The notes under the pieces are model-generated. The model did no database searches and had not been told where the DNA came from. It worked only from the letters and a program-made list of their open reading frames with translations. Made by a program: the position numbers and the translations under genes. Shown piece by piece: positions 9,840 through 19,691 of a DNA stretch of 64,000 nt. How positions within the stretch are numbered: the first letter of the stretch is position 1; the number at the start of each line of letters is the position of its first letter. This DNA is from an uncultured cyanobacterium (GTDB lineage: Bacteria; Cyanobacteriota; Cyanobacteriia; Pseudanabaenales; Pseudanabaenaceae), in assembly GCA_963703315.1 (NCBI GenBank), contig OY969811.1, forward strand, positions 2,912,001 to 2,976,000, in the 5' to 3' direction.

Positions 9840-11531
9840 TCACCGTTCAGGGCGATCTATGCGCGATAACAATCGTAATAAAACTAATACAAAAATACCT
9901 GCGATGATTGCCGTAACTATGGCAGGAATCTGTGAGCCATTTACAAACAAGAGCGTGGCACACAATAGACAGGTTGCCCCTAACAAAGCATAAATTGCGC
10001 CGATGCCAACGTTACTGAGTCGTCTTAAAAGGCGATCGGTTTCTTGAGATTTAACCCTGACTCGTATATCGCCGCGATCAAGTTTGGATAGGGTTTCATC
10101 AATACGACGAGGCAAGGCGATCGCCGTATTACTTACCTGTGCAGCTTGACGACCTAACTCACCTAGAAAGGCGGTGGATAAATTGCCTGATTCTCTAGAA
10201 CTGCCATTTTCCATAAGATTTGTTGCGTAGGGTTTTGCGACTTCCATAAAGTTAAAGTTGGGATCAAGTCCTTTGCCTAGACCTTCAAGGGTGGAGAGCG
10301 CCCTCATCACAAAGGTAAAGGTAGCGGGAAATCGAAATGGTTGGTCATAAGCAATATCGTACAAATCATCACTGATCGCGGCAACCGATTGCTTACCCAT
10401 CGGCTGCCCCATAAAATTGTCGAGCATATATTGTACTGATCGCCTAATTGGACCAATATCGCCTTTGACTTCTAAAGCTCCTAGCTCGATTAAAGAATTA
10501 ACCACTGCCTCAGCATCTTTTTGTGCGATCCCAAAGAAAGTCTTTAATAGTTTGTCACGGGTAATCGACTGGATCTGCCCCATCATCCCGAAATCATAAA
10601 AAATTAGTTCGCCTTTACCTGTGACCGCTAAATTTCCGGGGTGGGGATCAGCGTGGAAAAATCCATGATTGAGCAACTGTTCTAGATATGCCTCAGCACC
10701 AATACGGGCGATCGCTTGGCGATCGAGTCCTGCGGCTTCCAGTGCATCATAATTACTAACTTTAATCCCCGGCATATATTCCAATGTCAGGACTCTTCGT
10801 GAGGCATAGCGCCAATATACTCTTGGAACCATAATGCGGCGATCGCCTCGAAAGTTACGCCGAAAGGTATCTGCATTCTTGCCTTCATTTAAGTAATCCG
10901 CTTCTTCATAGAGAATTTTGCGACATTCCTCATAAATGCCAACCCAATCACGTCCCCTACCATATTTGGGATGATTTTGAAAATATTGAGCAATTTTCTT
11001 GAGAATCCCTAAATCGATCGCAAATAGTTTTAATAACCCTGGACGCTGTACCTTAACAACAATTTCTTCGCCTGTATGCAATTGCGCTTTATGGACTTGA
11101 CCGAGACTTGCTGCCGCAAGGGGGATCGGATCAAAGTAGCCGAACATTGTCTCAACGGGTTTACCTAAGTCTGACTCAATAATCTGCTTAGCTTTTTCGG
11201 CAGTAAATGCAGGAACCTTATCCTGTAACTTTGATAGCTCCTCGACCGACTCCGTTGGCAAAATATCAGCACGGGTAGAGAGCAACTGCCCAACCTTAAT
11301 AAAGGTTGGACCTAGTTGCAGCATTGACTCACGCAGCCATATAGCGCGTTTACGAGTGCGTTTTTTGACCTTTGCTTCAGTCTTACCACCGACATAGCTC
11401 CATTTTTTACCGTCGAGCCAGATCATCCAAGAAAAGGTCAGAACGGTTCGCCAAATGTCAATAGTACGGGCAAGTTCAGAGTAGTTGTCACGACTCCAGC
11501 GATAGTTGGGTTCAGGAGATAAAGCTGGCAC
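9840..11531 (-). CDS. ABC1/AarF/UbiB family atypical kinase
   Basis: LGPTFIKVGQ, AAASLGQVH, VKVQRP, FHADPHPGN and DFG motifs. Confidence 0.95.
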   Translation of the reverse strand: MPALSPEPNYRWSRDNYSELARTIDIWRTVLTFSWMIWLDGKKWSYVGGKTEAKVKKRTRKRAIWLRESMLQLGPTFIKVGQLLSTRADILPTESVEELSKLQDKVPAFTAEKAKQIIESDLGKPVETMFGYFDPIPLAAASLGQVHKAQLHTGEEIVVKVQRPGLLKLFAIDLGILKKIAQYFQNHPKYGRGRDWVGIYEECRKILYEEADYLNEGKNADTFRRNFRGDRRIMVPRVYWRYASRRVLTLEYMPGIKVSNYDALEAAGLDRQAIARIGAEAYLEQLLNHGFFHADPHPGNLAVTGKGELIFYDFGMMGQIQSITRDKLLKTFFGIAQKDAEAVVNSLIELGALEVKGDIGPIRRSVQYMLDNFMGQPMGKQSVAAISDDLYDIAYDQPFRFPATFTFVMRALSTLEGLGKGLDPNFNFMEVAKPYATNLMENGSSRESGNLSTAFLGELGRQAAQVSNTAIALPRRIDETLSKLDRGDIRVRVKSQETDRLLRRLSNVGIGAIYALLGATCLLCATLLFVNGSQIPAIVTAIIAGIFVLVLLRLLSRIDRPER

Positions 11532-11624
11532 AGTTCACTAAAGATGGAAGGACTAAAAATCTGTAACAAACCTTTACATCTTAGCGTAAATGTTTATATT
11601 TGTTAACATTTAAATTCCCTATGA

Positions 11625-11719
11625 TATAGCATTTCACAGTCTAGTAAGGTACGGGATTTTTTTCCCGCCGAAGGCGGGAAAAAAATCCTCTGTAACTCGC
11701 TTGCTTGAAAAGCGCTATA
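11625..11719. mobile_element. MITE-like element, family B
   Basis: TATAGC...GCTATA ends with a ttcccgcc-gaa-ggcgggaa core; related copies at 30283-30342 and 53546-53640. Confidence 0.7.
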
Positions 11720-11832
11720 TAGCAAAGCAGGTTTTGCTTAGGACATAAAACCAGAAGATGAGTTGCGGCGAAAAGTGCCACAACTCGCTTCTTGGGTTTT
11801 GGTTTGTACTAGCTAACTCTTTTTTTGATATA
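11718..11832. mobile_element. MITE-like element, family A, joined to the family B copy through a shared TA
   Basis: Inverted relative of 45361-45476. Confidence 0.7.
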
Positions 11833-11969
11833 TCAATATCAATGTGTAAATTCTACGATCTAGGAGATAGATTGTTGAGGCGATCGCGAACAGGAAATGA
11901 AAAAAGCCTTATCGCACCTCGGCAATGACTTTGCAGACAAACATCCATCAGTTTAATTTCTAGTAACTA

Positions 11970-12043
11970 TCGGAATGTTGGGATTTGAACCCAAGACCCC
12001 CACTACCCCAAAGTGGTGCGCTACCAAGCTGCGCTACATCCCG
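11970..12043 (-). tRNA. trnP: tRNA-Pro(GGG)
   Basis: Reverse complement CGGGATGTAGCGCAGCTTGGTAGCGCACCACTTTGGGGTAGTGGGGGTCTTGGGTTCAAATCCCAACATTCCGA; anticodon arm CCACT-TTGGGGT-AGTGG. Confidence 0.96.
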
Positions 12044-12153
12044 TTGCGTTTTTGACGCTTTCCTATGATAGCACGATGATTTACAAATTTGAAAAGTTAA
12101 CAAAAAATATCGCGATAAAAGCTAATAGAGTTACGGCATAACTCTGTTGGCTT

Positions 12154-12726
12154 TTATTTACCCAGATTACGTTTGAGTCTTTCGAGTTCTTCATCCATCT
12201 CCCAACGTCGGAAGGTTTCTTCTAGTTTGTCATTAGGATCACGAAAGGGCGGAGTGTAGAGATTATCCCAGTTTAAAGGAGTACTAGAAGGAGATTTTGT
12301 TTTGGCAGTTTTGGCAGCCTCAGCGATTTTTGCTTGCACTTCTTTGCGGCGTTCTTGGATTTGGACTTGCAGGGCTTGACTATCGATCGCTCGTTTTTTG
12401 ACTAATTCCATTTGCGCCCAGATTTGATTACCTTGACGTAGCAAAGCCGCTTCACGTTCTTTGGCAGGATTAGCCAGATCAGGGCGATCAAAGGACTCTG
12501 CTTTAACCGTGCGATCGTGCCAAACTCGAATTTCTTCAGCAATTTCGAGAATCCGATCCTGTAATTTTTTCTCTTCTTGTTTAGAGCTAATGATTAACTT
12601 CGTAATCTCTTCTTCTTGCTGGCGCAACTTATCTTCGAGGATTTGCAACTCAATTTGGGGATTATTGCGAATAAATTCCTCTAGACGAGTTTCCAAAAAG
12701 CGAGATATATCGTCTATCAACCCCAT
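12154..12726 (-). CDS. Cyanobacterial PspA-like coiled-coil protein (TIGR04376-like)
   Basis: MGLxDDxSRFLETRLEEF N-terminus and FRRWExDEELE C-terminus. Confidence 0.8.
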   Translation of the reverse strand: MGLIDDISRFLETRLEEFIRNNPQIELQILEDKLRQQEEEITKLIISSKQEEKKLQDRILEIAEEIRVWHDRTVKAESFDRPDLANPAKEREAALLRQGNQIWAQMELVKKRAIDSQALQVQIQERRKEVQAKIAEAAKTAKTKSPSSTPLNWDNLYTPPFRDPNDKLEETFRRWEMDEELERLKRNLGK

Positions 12727-12816
12727 ATATTTTCCTCAGATAAGCTGCTATGAGTTTACTCAATTTACTAAATGATTGCGCTGTAATTTAGACGCAAAAG
12801 TTATCTTTATGATTAT

Positions 12817-13953
12817 TTAAAATCTTTGTCCAACAAATACAGTTTTCGTTTCTTTACCGCGTTTGAGGATAATTTCTTGCTGGCTCACGCGAGATAATGA
12901 CCAACCTGTATTATTGATTACTTTACCTAATCCAATTGATTGCACAGAGCCATTTATGTCAATCATCGCTGTAGAGCGATCGCCTAAATCTAGCACGCCA
13001 ATTAATGTATAAGTTGGTGCTGGTGCAGATACAGGTGTGTTTACCGCTTGAGTAGGCGCAGAGTTGGTCTTTGTTGTTGATGTGTTGGAGGAGACATCAA
13101 CCGAGTTATTGGTAGTGACAGGAGGTAAGGCAAGTGGTGATGGTAAATTTCCACTATTCGTTGGTACAGGGGGTTGATAGACAGGTACATACATCGGTTG
13201 TTGCATCCCATTTGCAAAGGGATTTGCGCCAACTGGTAGAGGCATATTCCCGATGAGTGGTGCTGTCATGAGGGGAAGGTTGCTACCAATGGGGGCATTA
13301 TTTGAGTTAGTGGCGATCGCCCGATTTTTATCAACTACTTCCGCTAGCATCCGCTTAACTTCGTCAGCAAAGGTTTTGTTGTCAGGGACAGCTTTGGTAT
13401 TGACTTGGGCAACGCTAACGGACTGTTTGCCTAACCAAATGCCATGATTAATCGTCCACATTACTGCTGCTAAGAGGGCTGAGCTACAGGCAACCACCAG
13501 CAAAATGCGATCCAAAAGACTATATTTGGCAACTCCTAAGGGTGGATCTATGGGCGGAATATTGCCAGTTGGTTCTGGATTCCGCATGATGTAGGGCTGA
13601 ATCCAGAGTACATCTTGTTTGGAAATGGGAGGTAAGGAAATATCAGCAACATTAAGTTGAGTAATGTTAACCGTATCTTTGGATGTCGATCTGTCTCTTT
13701 CGGTAGCATCAACCTTAGAAATGGCAACTATGTCTGAGCTTGAGGAGTTTACAGAAGCATAGGGTGCTAATTTTGGGGATTGACTGCGGTTCTGCCCCTG
13801 TTTTTGTCTGAGCGATCGCTGCTTAGCATAATCAACATGGAGTGTATTCTCAACCTCTCCAAATAGATCATCCATTAAGTTATCAACGTTGTCCGTATAA
13901 GCGTCAACGTCTTGCGTTACATAAAACTGTTTATTATCTGTATCTTGTGTCAT
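12817..13953 (-). CDS. Hypothetical membrane protein with one TM, a Pro-rich linker and a small C-terminal beta domain
   Basis: 378-aa ORF; LMDDLF motif, TM segment, LIGVLDLGDRSTA...VFVGQRF. Confidence 0.75.
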   Translation of the reverse strand: MTQDTDNKQFYVTQDVDAYTDNVDNLMDDLFGEVENTLHVDYAKQRSLRQKQGQNRSQSPKLAPYASVNSSSSDIVAISKVDATERDRSTSKDTVNITQLNVADISLPPISKQDVLWIQPYIMRNPEPTGNIPPIDPPLGVAKYSLLDRILLVVACSSALLAAVMWTINHGIWLGKQSVSVAQVNTKAVPDNKTFADEVKRMLAEVVDKNRAIATNSNNAPIGSNLPLMTAPLIGNMPLPVGANPFANGMQQPMYVPVYQPPVPTNSGNLPSPLALPPVTTNNSVDVSSNTSTTKTNSAPTQAVNTPVSAPAPTYTLIGVLDLGDRSTAMIDINGSVQSIGLGKVINNTGWSLSRVSQQEIILKRGKETKTVFVGQRF

Positions 13954-14174
13954 ATACCGACCCTGTTCACTTTTTTATACATACACAACAACGGGTTATA
14001 CCCAAATCATGCTGTTTTTATCGCTATCTTAACCAAACTGCAATGCTCTCAACTCGTCTCAACACAAATCAGAAAAATAATACTGGTATGTAATACCACA
14101 GATTGCTGCTTAGCACCATAACTTTGATGATGGATCTATAAATTACAGCACAAAAATCTGCAAACAATTTTGAC

Positions 14175-14402
14175 GTAGGGGTAGAGCATTTGCGCCACAA
14201 TTTTTTAACTTTTTGCTAGGATTTTGACCCGCAAATGCTCTACCCTTTCCCCATTTGAGGATTAGGCTGCGATCGCGTTAAGTTTAGGGCAGAGCATTCC
14301 TGTATATAAAATCTAGTGATATAGATAAATAGTTGTAGGAATGCTCTGCCCTAAACTCCAAAAAAGAAAAGGGACGCTTTGCGTCCCTTTTCTTTTTTGG
14401 AG
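14175..14402. repeat. Cluster of three REP-like inverted repeats
   Basis: 16-bp IR 14179-14194/14230-14245 and 21-bp IR 14281-14301/14337-14357 (both GGGYAGAGCATT core), then an aaagaaaagggacgc hairpin. Confidence 0.85.
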
Positions 14403-14408
14403 ATTTGT

Positions 14409-15380
14409 TTAAATTCTGACTAAATCAGGATAAATCGTTAAAACCTCATCATTGGTGAGGGTATATTCCTCAGACTGAGGTTCCCATAATACTTCTACGG
14501 CTAATAGATTGTCGGTAGGGATAGAGCCAATCATGGATAGTGCTGATTGCAAATCTTCTGAAGAGCGTAAAGCTGGTAATTTGCTCAAAGATTCTCCAGA
14601 AACTGCTAGTAATAGGGTCACTACAATATATTCGCTAGGATCTTCAAGACTGGTGCTACCTTCGCTAGGTAGCGAGGCAACCGTTTTACCTTGCAATACA
14701 CGACCACTAACATTACTTAACACTTCAGCATTGAGTTTGCTGCGCTCGGACATTACTAAACTATTAAATTTTTGTTCCGCAAGGGCAAACTTGGTGTTTT
14801 CATTAGCGCTGCTGACATAGATCCAATATTCAGGATGGCGCATCAAGGAAATAGCCGTTTCACGAGTAACGGTGGCTAAGCCTTCTACATCGGAGGTGTC
14901 AGACTCTAGGGCAAGACGGGTTAGCTCTTGTTGGAGCGATCGCGCTGAGGCGAGTAACCCAACTTGAATTTTGGCAACGCTGACCTTACTATTCATGCCA
15001 GTGATGCCTTCGCCCTTGCCACTACCGCGAAATGCTTGGAGGATTACACCTGCAATGATCGCAATTAGCAAAAAGGTAAACAAGCCACCACCCATGCCGC
15101 CACCAAAAAACATAGGTAGAAAGAAGAATCCACCACCGCCGCTATTGCCGTAATAATTGCTACCGCTATAACCTGAATTTGATGGGGCAGAACGACTGGG
15201 GGCTGATTTAAAAGAGCTACCACCAATTCTGCCGCCTGAACGTTTTGCGAAAGCTTCTTGGGCATTGCCAAACAAGGATATCGCAATCAGTGAAATTGCT
15301 GAAATTACCGCAAGCGATCGCGTCCAGACTTTGACGTTAGCTTTAACTTTTTTCATAAATTCTGAGCTAAAAAACTTCAT
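14409..15380 (-). CDS. DUF1517 domain protein
   Basis: SGGRIGGSSF, Gly-rich segment plus TM, LMRHPEYW, EYIVVTLL and AVEVLWEPQ. Confidence 0.88.
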   Translation of the reverse strand: MKFFSSEFMKKVKANVKVWTRSLAVISAISLIAISLFGNAQEAFAKRSGGRIGGSSFKSAPSRSAPSNSGYSGSNYYGNSGGGGFFFLPMFFGGGMGGGLFTFLLIAIIAGVILQAFRGSGKGEGITGMNSKVSVAKIQVGLLASARSLQQELTRLALESDTSDVEGLATVTRETAISLMRHPEYWIYVSSANENTKFALAEQKFNSLVMSERSKLNAEVLSNVSGRVLQGKTVASLPSEGSTSLEDPSEYIVVTLLLAVSGESLSKLPALRSSEDLQSALSMIGSIPTDNLLAVEVLWEPQSEEYTLTNDEVLTIYPDLVRI

Positions 15381-15482
15381 AGGAACTAGAAACTTGCCTT
15401 AAAAAATTGCTATAGATGTTCTATATCAATTCTAACCTGAGTCTAAGTTTTCAGGGAGTTAAAAAAGGTGCAGCGCTTTGCC

Positions 15483-16445
15483 CTACACCTTTTTTAATAA
15501 CCAATCCATCACCCGATCGCCTAGCGATACACCATCAAGACGATCAATTTCGCGCACACCTGTGGGGCTAGTGACATTCACCTCCGTCAGGTAGCCACCA
15601 ATCACATCAATTCCTACAAACATTAAGCCATCACGCTGGAGAGTCGGTGCAAGTTGGTTGCATATTTCCCTCTCGCGATCGGTAATATCAACTTGCGCCG
15701 CACTACCACCTGCCGCCATGTTGCCCCGAAATTCACCCGATTGCGGAATGCGATTTACTGCGCCAATGGGTTGACCATCCAGCAAAATAATTCGCTTGTC
15801 TCCTTTTTGTGCGTCAGGCAAGTATTCCTGCACCATTACGGGAGTTTTGCCCATATTCGTACTGATTTCGATCAGCGAGTTGATATTGCGATCGCCTACT
15901 TCCAAAAACAAAATTCCTTCACCGCCTTTACCACCTAACGGTTTCATCACAGCTTTCCCTTCAGCCTCTACAAACTCACGAATTGTCCCTTTGTCAGCCG
16001 TCACAATTGTTTTCGGAATTGCATCGGTAAATTGGAGGGCGTACATTTTCTCATTGGCAGCGCGAATACCTTGGGGCGAATTGAGAACTTTAGTTTTACT
16101 AACATCCACATAATCGAGAATATAAGTAGCATAGAGATATTCGGTGGTGACGGGTGGATCAGGGCGCATCCACACAAATTGCATATTTTCTAAAGGTTGA
16201 AATTTGCCATCTGCGACTTCATACCAAGGATTAGAAACTTGCCATTTACCATTTACAAGAGGGATTGGATAGATTTTGGTGGATTGCAGAAATGCCCATG
16301 CTTTGCCATCTTTGACACTGAGCGTATTCATATTGGCAATAAAGACTTCATAGCCCTTGCGACAAGCTGCTTCCATCAGTGCAACACTGGTGTCATGGGC
16401 AGGATCGAGTTTCGCGATCGGATCAATAATAAAAGCAAGCTTCAT
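15483..16445 (-). CDS. gshB: Glutathione synthetase
   Basis: MKLAFIIDP, NEK, GDKRI, FRGNMAAGG and EVNVTSPTG. Confidence 0.97.
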   Translation of the reverse strand: MKLAFIIDPIAKLDPAHDTSVALMEAACRKGYEVFIANMNTLSVKDGKAWAFLQSTKIYPIPLVNGKWQVSNPWYEVADGKFQPLENMQFVWMRPDPPVTTEYLYATYILDYVDVSKTKVLNSPQGIRAANEKMYALQFTDAIPKTIVTADKGTIREFVEAEGKAVMKPLGGKGGEGILFLEVGDRNINSLIEISTNMGKTPVMVQEYLPDAQKGDKRIILLDGQPIGAVNRIPQSGEFRGNMAAGGSAAQVDITDREREICNQLAPTLQRDGLMFVGIDVIGGYLTEVNVTSPTGVREIDRLDGVSLGDRVMDWLLKKV

Positions 16446-16479
16446 AGAATTTTATTGAGGTTTTGATGATGATTGTCTA

Positions 16480-16648
16480 GATCCCCCAGAGATTTTAAAA
16501 TCTCATCAATTACCCCTCCCTAACCCTCCCCTTTGAAAGGGGAGGGAACAAGATTTCTAGTCTTCCCCCTTTACAAGGGGGAATTAAAGGGGGTTTTTGA
16601 GACTTGTGTGTACAGGTCAGCTTGTATAAGGGGAATTGAGGGGGATCT
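16480..16648. repeat. Cluster of short C/G-rich dispersed repeats
   Basis: ccctcccctttgaaaggggaggg, tccccctttacaaggggga and aaggggaattgagggggat. Confidence 0.7.
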
Positions 16649-16690
16649 CTGAGAGATCTTAACCGCAGAAAGTAATTCTTCAATGACTCC

Positions 16691-16987
16691 CTAGTCGCGC
16701 GTGGAAACTAGTCGTAATAACTGTGGTATTTCCTCTGTCTCAGGCGCAAATTCTAACTGAGTTTCGCGGGTGGGCAAATACCCTGATTCTGCAAAAGAGA
16801 TTAACATTCTCTGCAAGGCAATCCATACCTCTGACTCAAATTCCCAATCATGCCGCGAATTAGCTCGACCTGAGATCGATCGCAATGCCCAAAAGTAACT
16901 ATTACGGACGATTGAGCCTTGCTTATTATATTTCGGCACATCATCACGATGGATAAATAGAACTTCGTTTTCAATTTTGACGCGCAT
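16691..16987 (-). CDS. Conserved hypothetical protein immediately downstream of minE
   Basis: 98-aa ORF whose ATG abuts the minE stop; RNSYFWALRSI. Confidence 0.8.
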   Translation of the reverse strand: MRVKIENEVLFIHRDDVPKYNKQGSIVRNSYFWALRSISGRANSRHDWEFESEVWIALQRMLISFAESGYLPTRETQLEFAPETEEIPQLLRLVSTRD

Positions 16988-17713
16988 TTATTCTGAATGA
17001 TTCTCACTGACAACATCTTGAGGTTCTGATGATTCAGATAAATTGAATGACAGTTCTAATTGATCGGTGTGATCACTTGCTTGATCTTCCACTTGAGCCT
17101 CTACTTGCTCAGTTTGATTAACATCGTTAGGACTTTCTACTAACTTCTCAGGACTAACTGTAACTACATGCTGAACATTAATAGATTCTTGATCTGTGGC
17201 TATAACTTGAGACTTATTGGTAGCATTTCTTAATTTTGTGCTTACGTTTATAGTTCGTTCGGCAATTTCATCTATATTTTCAGCAGTAGGACTTTCGGGG
17301 GCAACTTTTTCGGTTTCTTTAGCGGCGATCGCATCAAGGGCTGCTTCTGCGGAAAGATCCATTTCTAAGGAGGATGGATCAGCATTTAACATTGCATTGG
17401 CTTGATCTAACTGATCTGGTTGATCAAATAATTCCTCTAGATCAGGAAACTCTTCGCGCACCATCCTGATGGGCAAATTTGCAATTAGTGCGGTCATCCG
17501 TTTGTCGGACTCTAAACGAATATCCAATGAACTTTCATCAAGCTCTACATATTTAGAAACTACACGCATAATCTCATGACGCATACTTTCAAATACCTGT
17601 GGCTCGATCGCCGCCCGATCATGAGCCAAAATAAACTTCAAACGCTGCTTGACTTGCGCTCCACTAGGGACATTACTTCTTTGAAATAGGCGATCGAGCA
17701 GTGTTGAAATCAT
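16988..17713 (-). CDS. minE: MinE with a long acidic C-terminal extension
   Basis: KQRLKFILAHDR...VVSKYV...ANLPI; directly downstream of minD. Confidence 0.9.
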   Translation of the reverse strand: MISTLLDRLFQRSNVPSGAQVKQRLKFILAHDRAAIEPQVFESMRHEIMRVVSKYVELDESSLDIRLESDKRMTALIANLPIRMVREEFPDLEELFDQPDQLDQANAMLNADPSSLEMDLSAEAALDAIAAKETEKVAPESPTAENIDEIAERTINVSTKLRNATNKSQVIATDQESINVQHVVTVSPEKLVESPNDVNQTEQVEAQVEDQASDHTDQLELSFNLSESSEPQDVVSENHSE

Positions 17714-17721
17714 CTCAAACC

Positions 17722-18525
17722 TCAGGAGTTCCCACTAATCCAGCTTGACAGACGCGCAAAAATTCCTTTTGGTGGAGCTTCGAGTTGTAAAAACTCAACA
17801 TCTCTACCTTCAAGACGTTTTGCCACGTTCATATAGGCAGTGCCTGCAAGGGAGGGCTTATCTGACAACACCAATGGTTCCCCTTTATTTGTGGAAACGA
17901 TCACCTGCTCGTCATCGGGAATTACGCCAATTAATTTAACTGACAAAATATCCAGCACATCTTCGACACTCATCATGTCGTTATTTTTTACCATAGCTGG
18001 GCGAATACGGTTCAAAATTAACTTAATATCGGTGATGCGATTGGCTTCGAGTAACCCAACTACGCGATCGGCATCCCGTACCGCCGAAATTTCGGGAGTC
18101 GTGACGATGATTGCCTCTTTTGCGCCAGCGATCGCATTTTGAAATCCTGACTCAATCCCTGCGGGGCAATCGATCAATACATAATCAAAATAACGGCTTA
18201 AAACTTCCACCAAAGCCTTCATGTGGGCTGCCGTGATCGCGGTTTTGTTGCGAGTTTGCGGTGCAGCCAATAAAGACAGATTCGGCTGGCGCTTGTCTTT
18301 AACTAAGGCTTGGTCGAGTTTACATTCTCGCGCAATTACCTCTAGGGCTGTATACACGATGCGATTTTCCAATCCCAATAACAGATCGAGATTTCGCAAG
18401 CCAAAGTCAGCATCCACCAAAACCACTTTGCGTCCGAGTTTGGCGATCGCCATGCCGAGATTTGCAGAAGATGTGGTCTTGCCGACACCACCTTTACCAG
18501 AGGTAACAACGATAATGCGACTCAT
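17722..18525 (-). CDS. minD: Septum site-determining ATPase MinD
   Basis: SGKGGVGKTT, GLRNLD and DCPAGIE. Confidence 0.97.
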   Translation of the reverse strand: MSRIIVVTSGKGGVGKTTSSANLGMAIAKLGRKVVLVDADFGLRNLDLLLGLENRIVYTALEVIARECKLDQALVKDKRQPNLSLLAAPQTRNKTAITAAHMKALVEVLSRYFDYVLIDCPAGIESGFQNAIAGAKEAIIVTTPEISAVRDADRVVGLLEANRITDIKLILNRIRPAMVKNNDMMSVEDVLDILSVKLIGVIPDDEQVIVSTNKGEPLVLSDKPSLAGTAYMNVAKRLEGRDVEFLQLEAPPKGIFARLSSWISGNS

Positions 18526-18579
18526 GTTTACAGGTTACTATAGATGAATATTTGGTAAGAATGACGCGAAACGTAATTT

Positions 18580-19626
18580 TTACTTAGACTTTGAAGAATA
18601 ATCAACAGCTTGGACAATTTGGATCGCAGGCGTACCCTGATTACTTACGAAGGCAACTTCGGGATAAAAATAAGTACTAGGACTCTCAACACGGGCGATC
18701 AAACTAGCGATTCTGATTTGGGTAGCATTGAGGTGTAAAGCCATAACTACCGCTTGGGCATTGCCTTTCACCCCTGCATGAGCCATGCCCTTGAGCTTGC
18801 CCCATACAATAATGTCACCTTCAGAGATCAGTTCTGCACCAGCATTGACATCACCGAAGACAATGATACTGCCAGAATGCCGAATTTCTGTACCAGATCT
18901 TACGGTCATCTTAATGTATAGCGGATCATCGGTTGGGGCATTAGGAATTGGGTTAAAACCTAATATCTCCTGAAAGATAGTTCCCTGCTCTACACAAAAG
19001 CCCATACTCGCAGCATTAATTGCGGTCTGACGACGATTTGTCACCACACAATGTAGCAGCAATTGATGATTTTGTAATGACTCGGATAGTTCTTGGAGTT
19101 GACGGGTATCTAACAGGCGATCGCCTGCTTGGAGATGCACCTGTGTACGGGGCTTCCAATCATGTCCACTGGCTGCCATGCGCTGCTCTAACTGGGAAAG
19201 TATTTCTTCCCAAGTCAAGGTTAGCAATGAATTTGCAGGACTACTTGGCTCGCTCCATCCCATAGGCTGCCCAAGAGGTTGAGATTCACCGTTATCATTT
19301 GGTTTATCAAACGGTAACTTGATCTTTCTCTCTGTCGGTAATAGCAGATTCAGCTTGCCATCTAGGGTTTTAAACCTAACTTGGGCAATCTCAGGGTCAG
19401 GAGTTGGCTCTGGCTGAGATTGTTTAGCAGGTTTATTGGGAATTGGTTTGAGTTCACCCCCCTCAACATCTGCAACCGTAAGTGGTGCAAGAGTAAGAGT
19501 CTCCTCGGTCTCTGCCACGAAAACGACTTCGGGCATCTCCGCAGATGACAAATCCCCTGCCCCTGACTGGAATTTTGTAGGCGGCAGAGGATTAGGTTTC
19601 ACGGCAATATTACGCTCGTTATTCAT
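18580..19626 (-). CDS. minC: Septum site-determining protein MinC
   Basis: TVRSG, GDVNAGAE and GKLKGMAHAG; upstream of minD. Confidence 0.92.
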   Translation of the reverse strand: MNNERNIAVKPNPLPPTKFQSGAGDLSSAEMPEVVFVAETEETLTLAPLTVADVEGGELKPIPNKPAKQSQPEPTPDPEIAQVRFKTLDGKLNLLLPTERKIKLPFDKPNDNGESQPLGQPMGWSEPSSPANSLLTLTWEEILSQLEQRMAASGHDWKPRTQVHLQAGDRLLDTRQLQELSESLQNHQLLLHCVVTNRRQTAINAASMGFCVEQGTIFQEILGFNPIPNAPTDDPLYIKMTVRSGTEIRHSGSIIVFGDVNAGAELISEGDIIVWGKLKGMAHAGVKGNAQAVVMALHLNATQIRIASLIARVESPSTYFYPEVAFVSNQGTPAIQIVQAVDYSSKSK

Positions 19627-19691
19627 GAAGCTTGTTTCAAGCTAAAAATCTAAAAACTAGAAAACAAGGGGCTGAAGCCCCTTGTCCTATT

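Noticed and set aside
11562..11578. Possible NtcA box (GTA-N8-TAC) upstream of the ABC1 kinase
   Set aside because: Spacing is N9, not N8
11840..11969. Possible integrase remnant or att site downstream of tRNA-Pro
   Set aside because: Only a short stop-interrupted peptide with vague resemblance; no duplicated tRNA 3' end seen in the window
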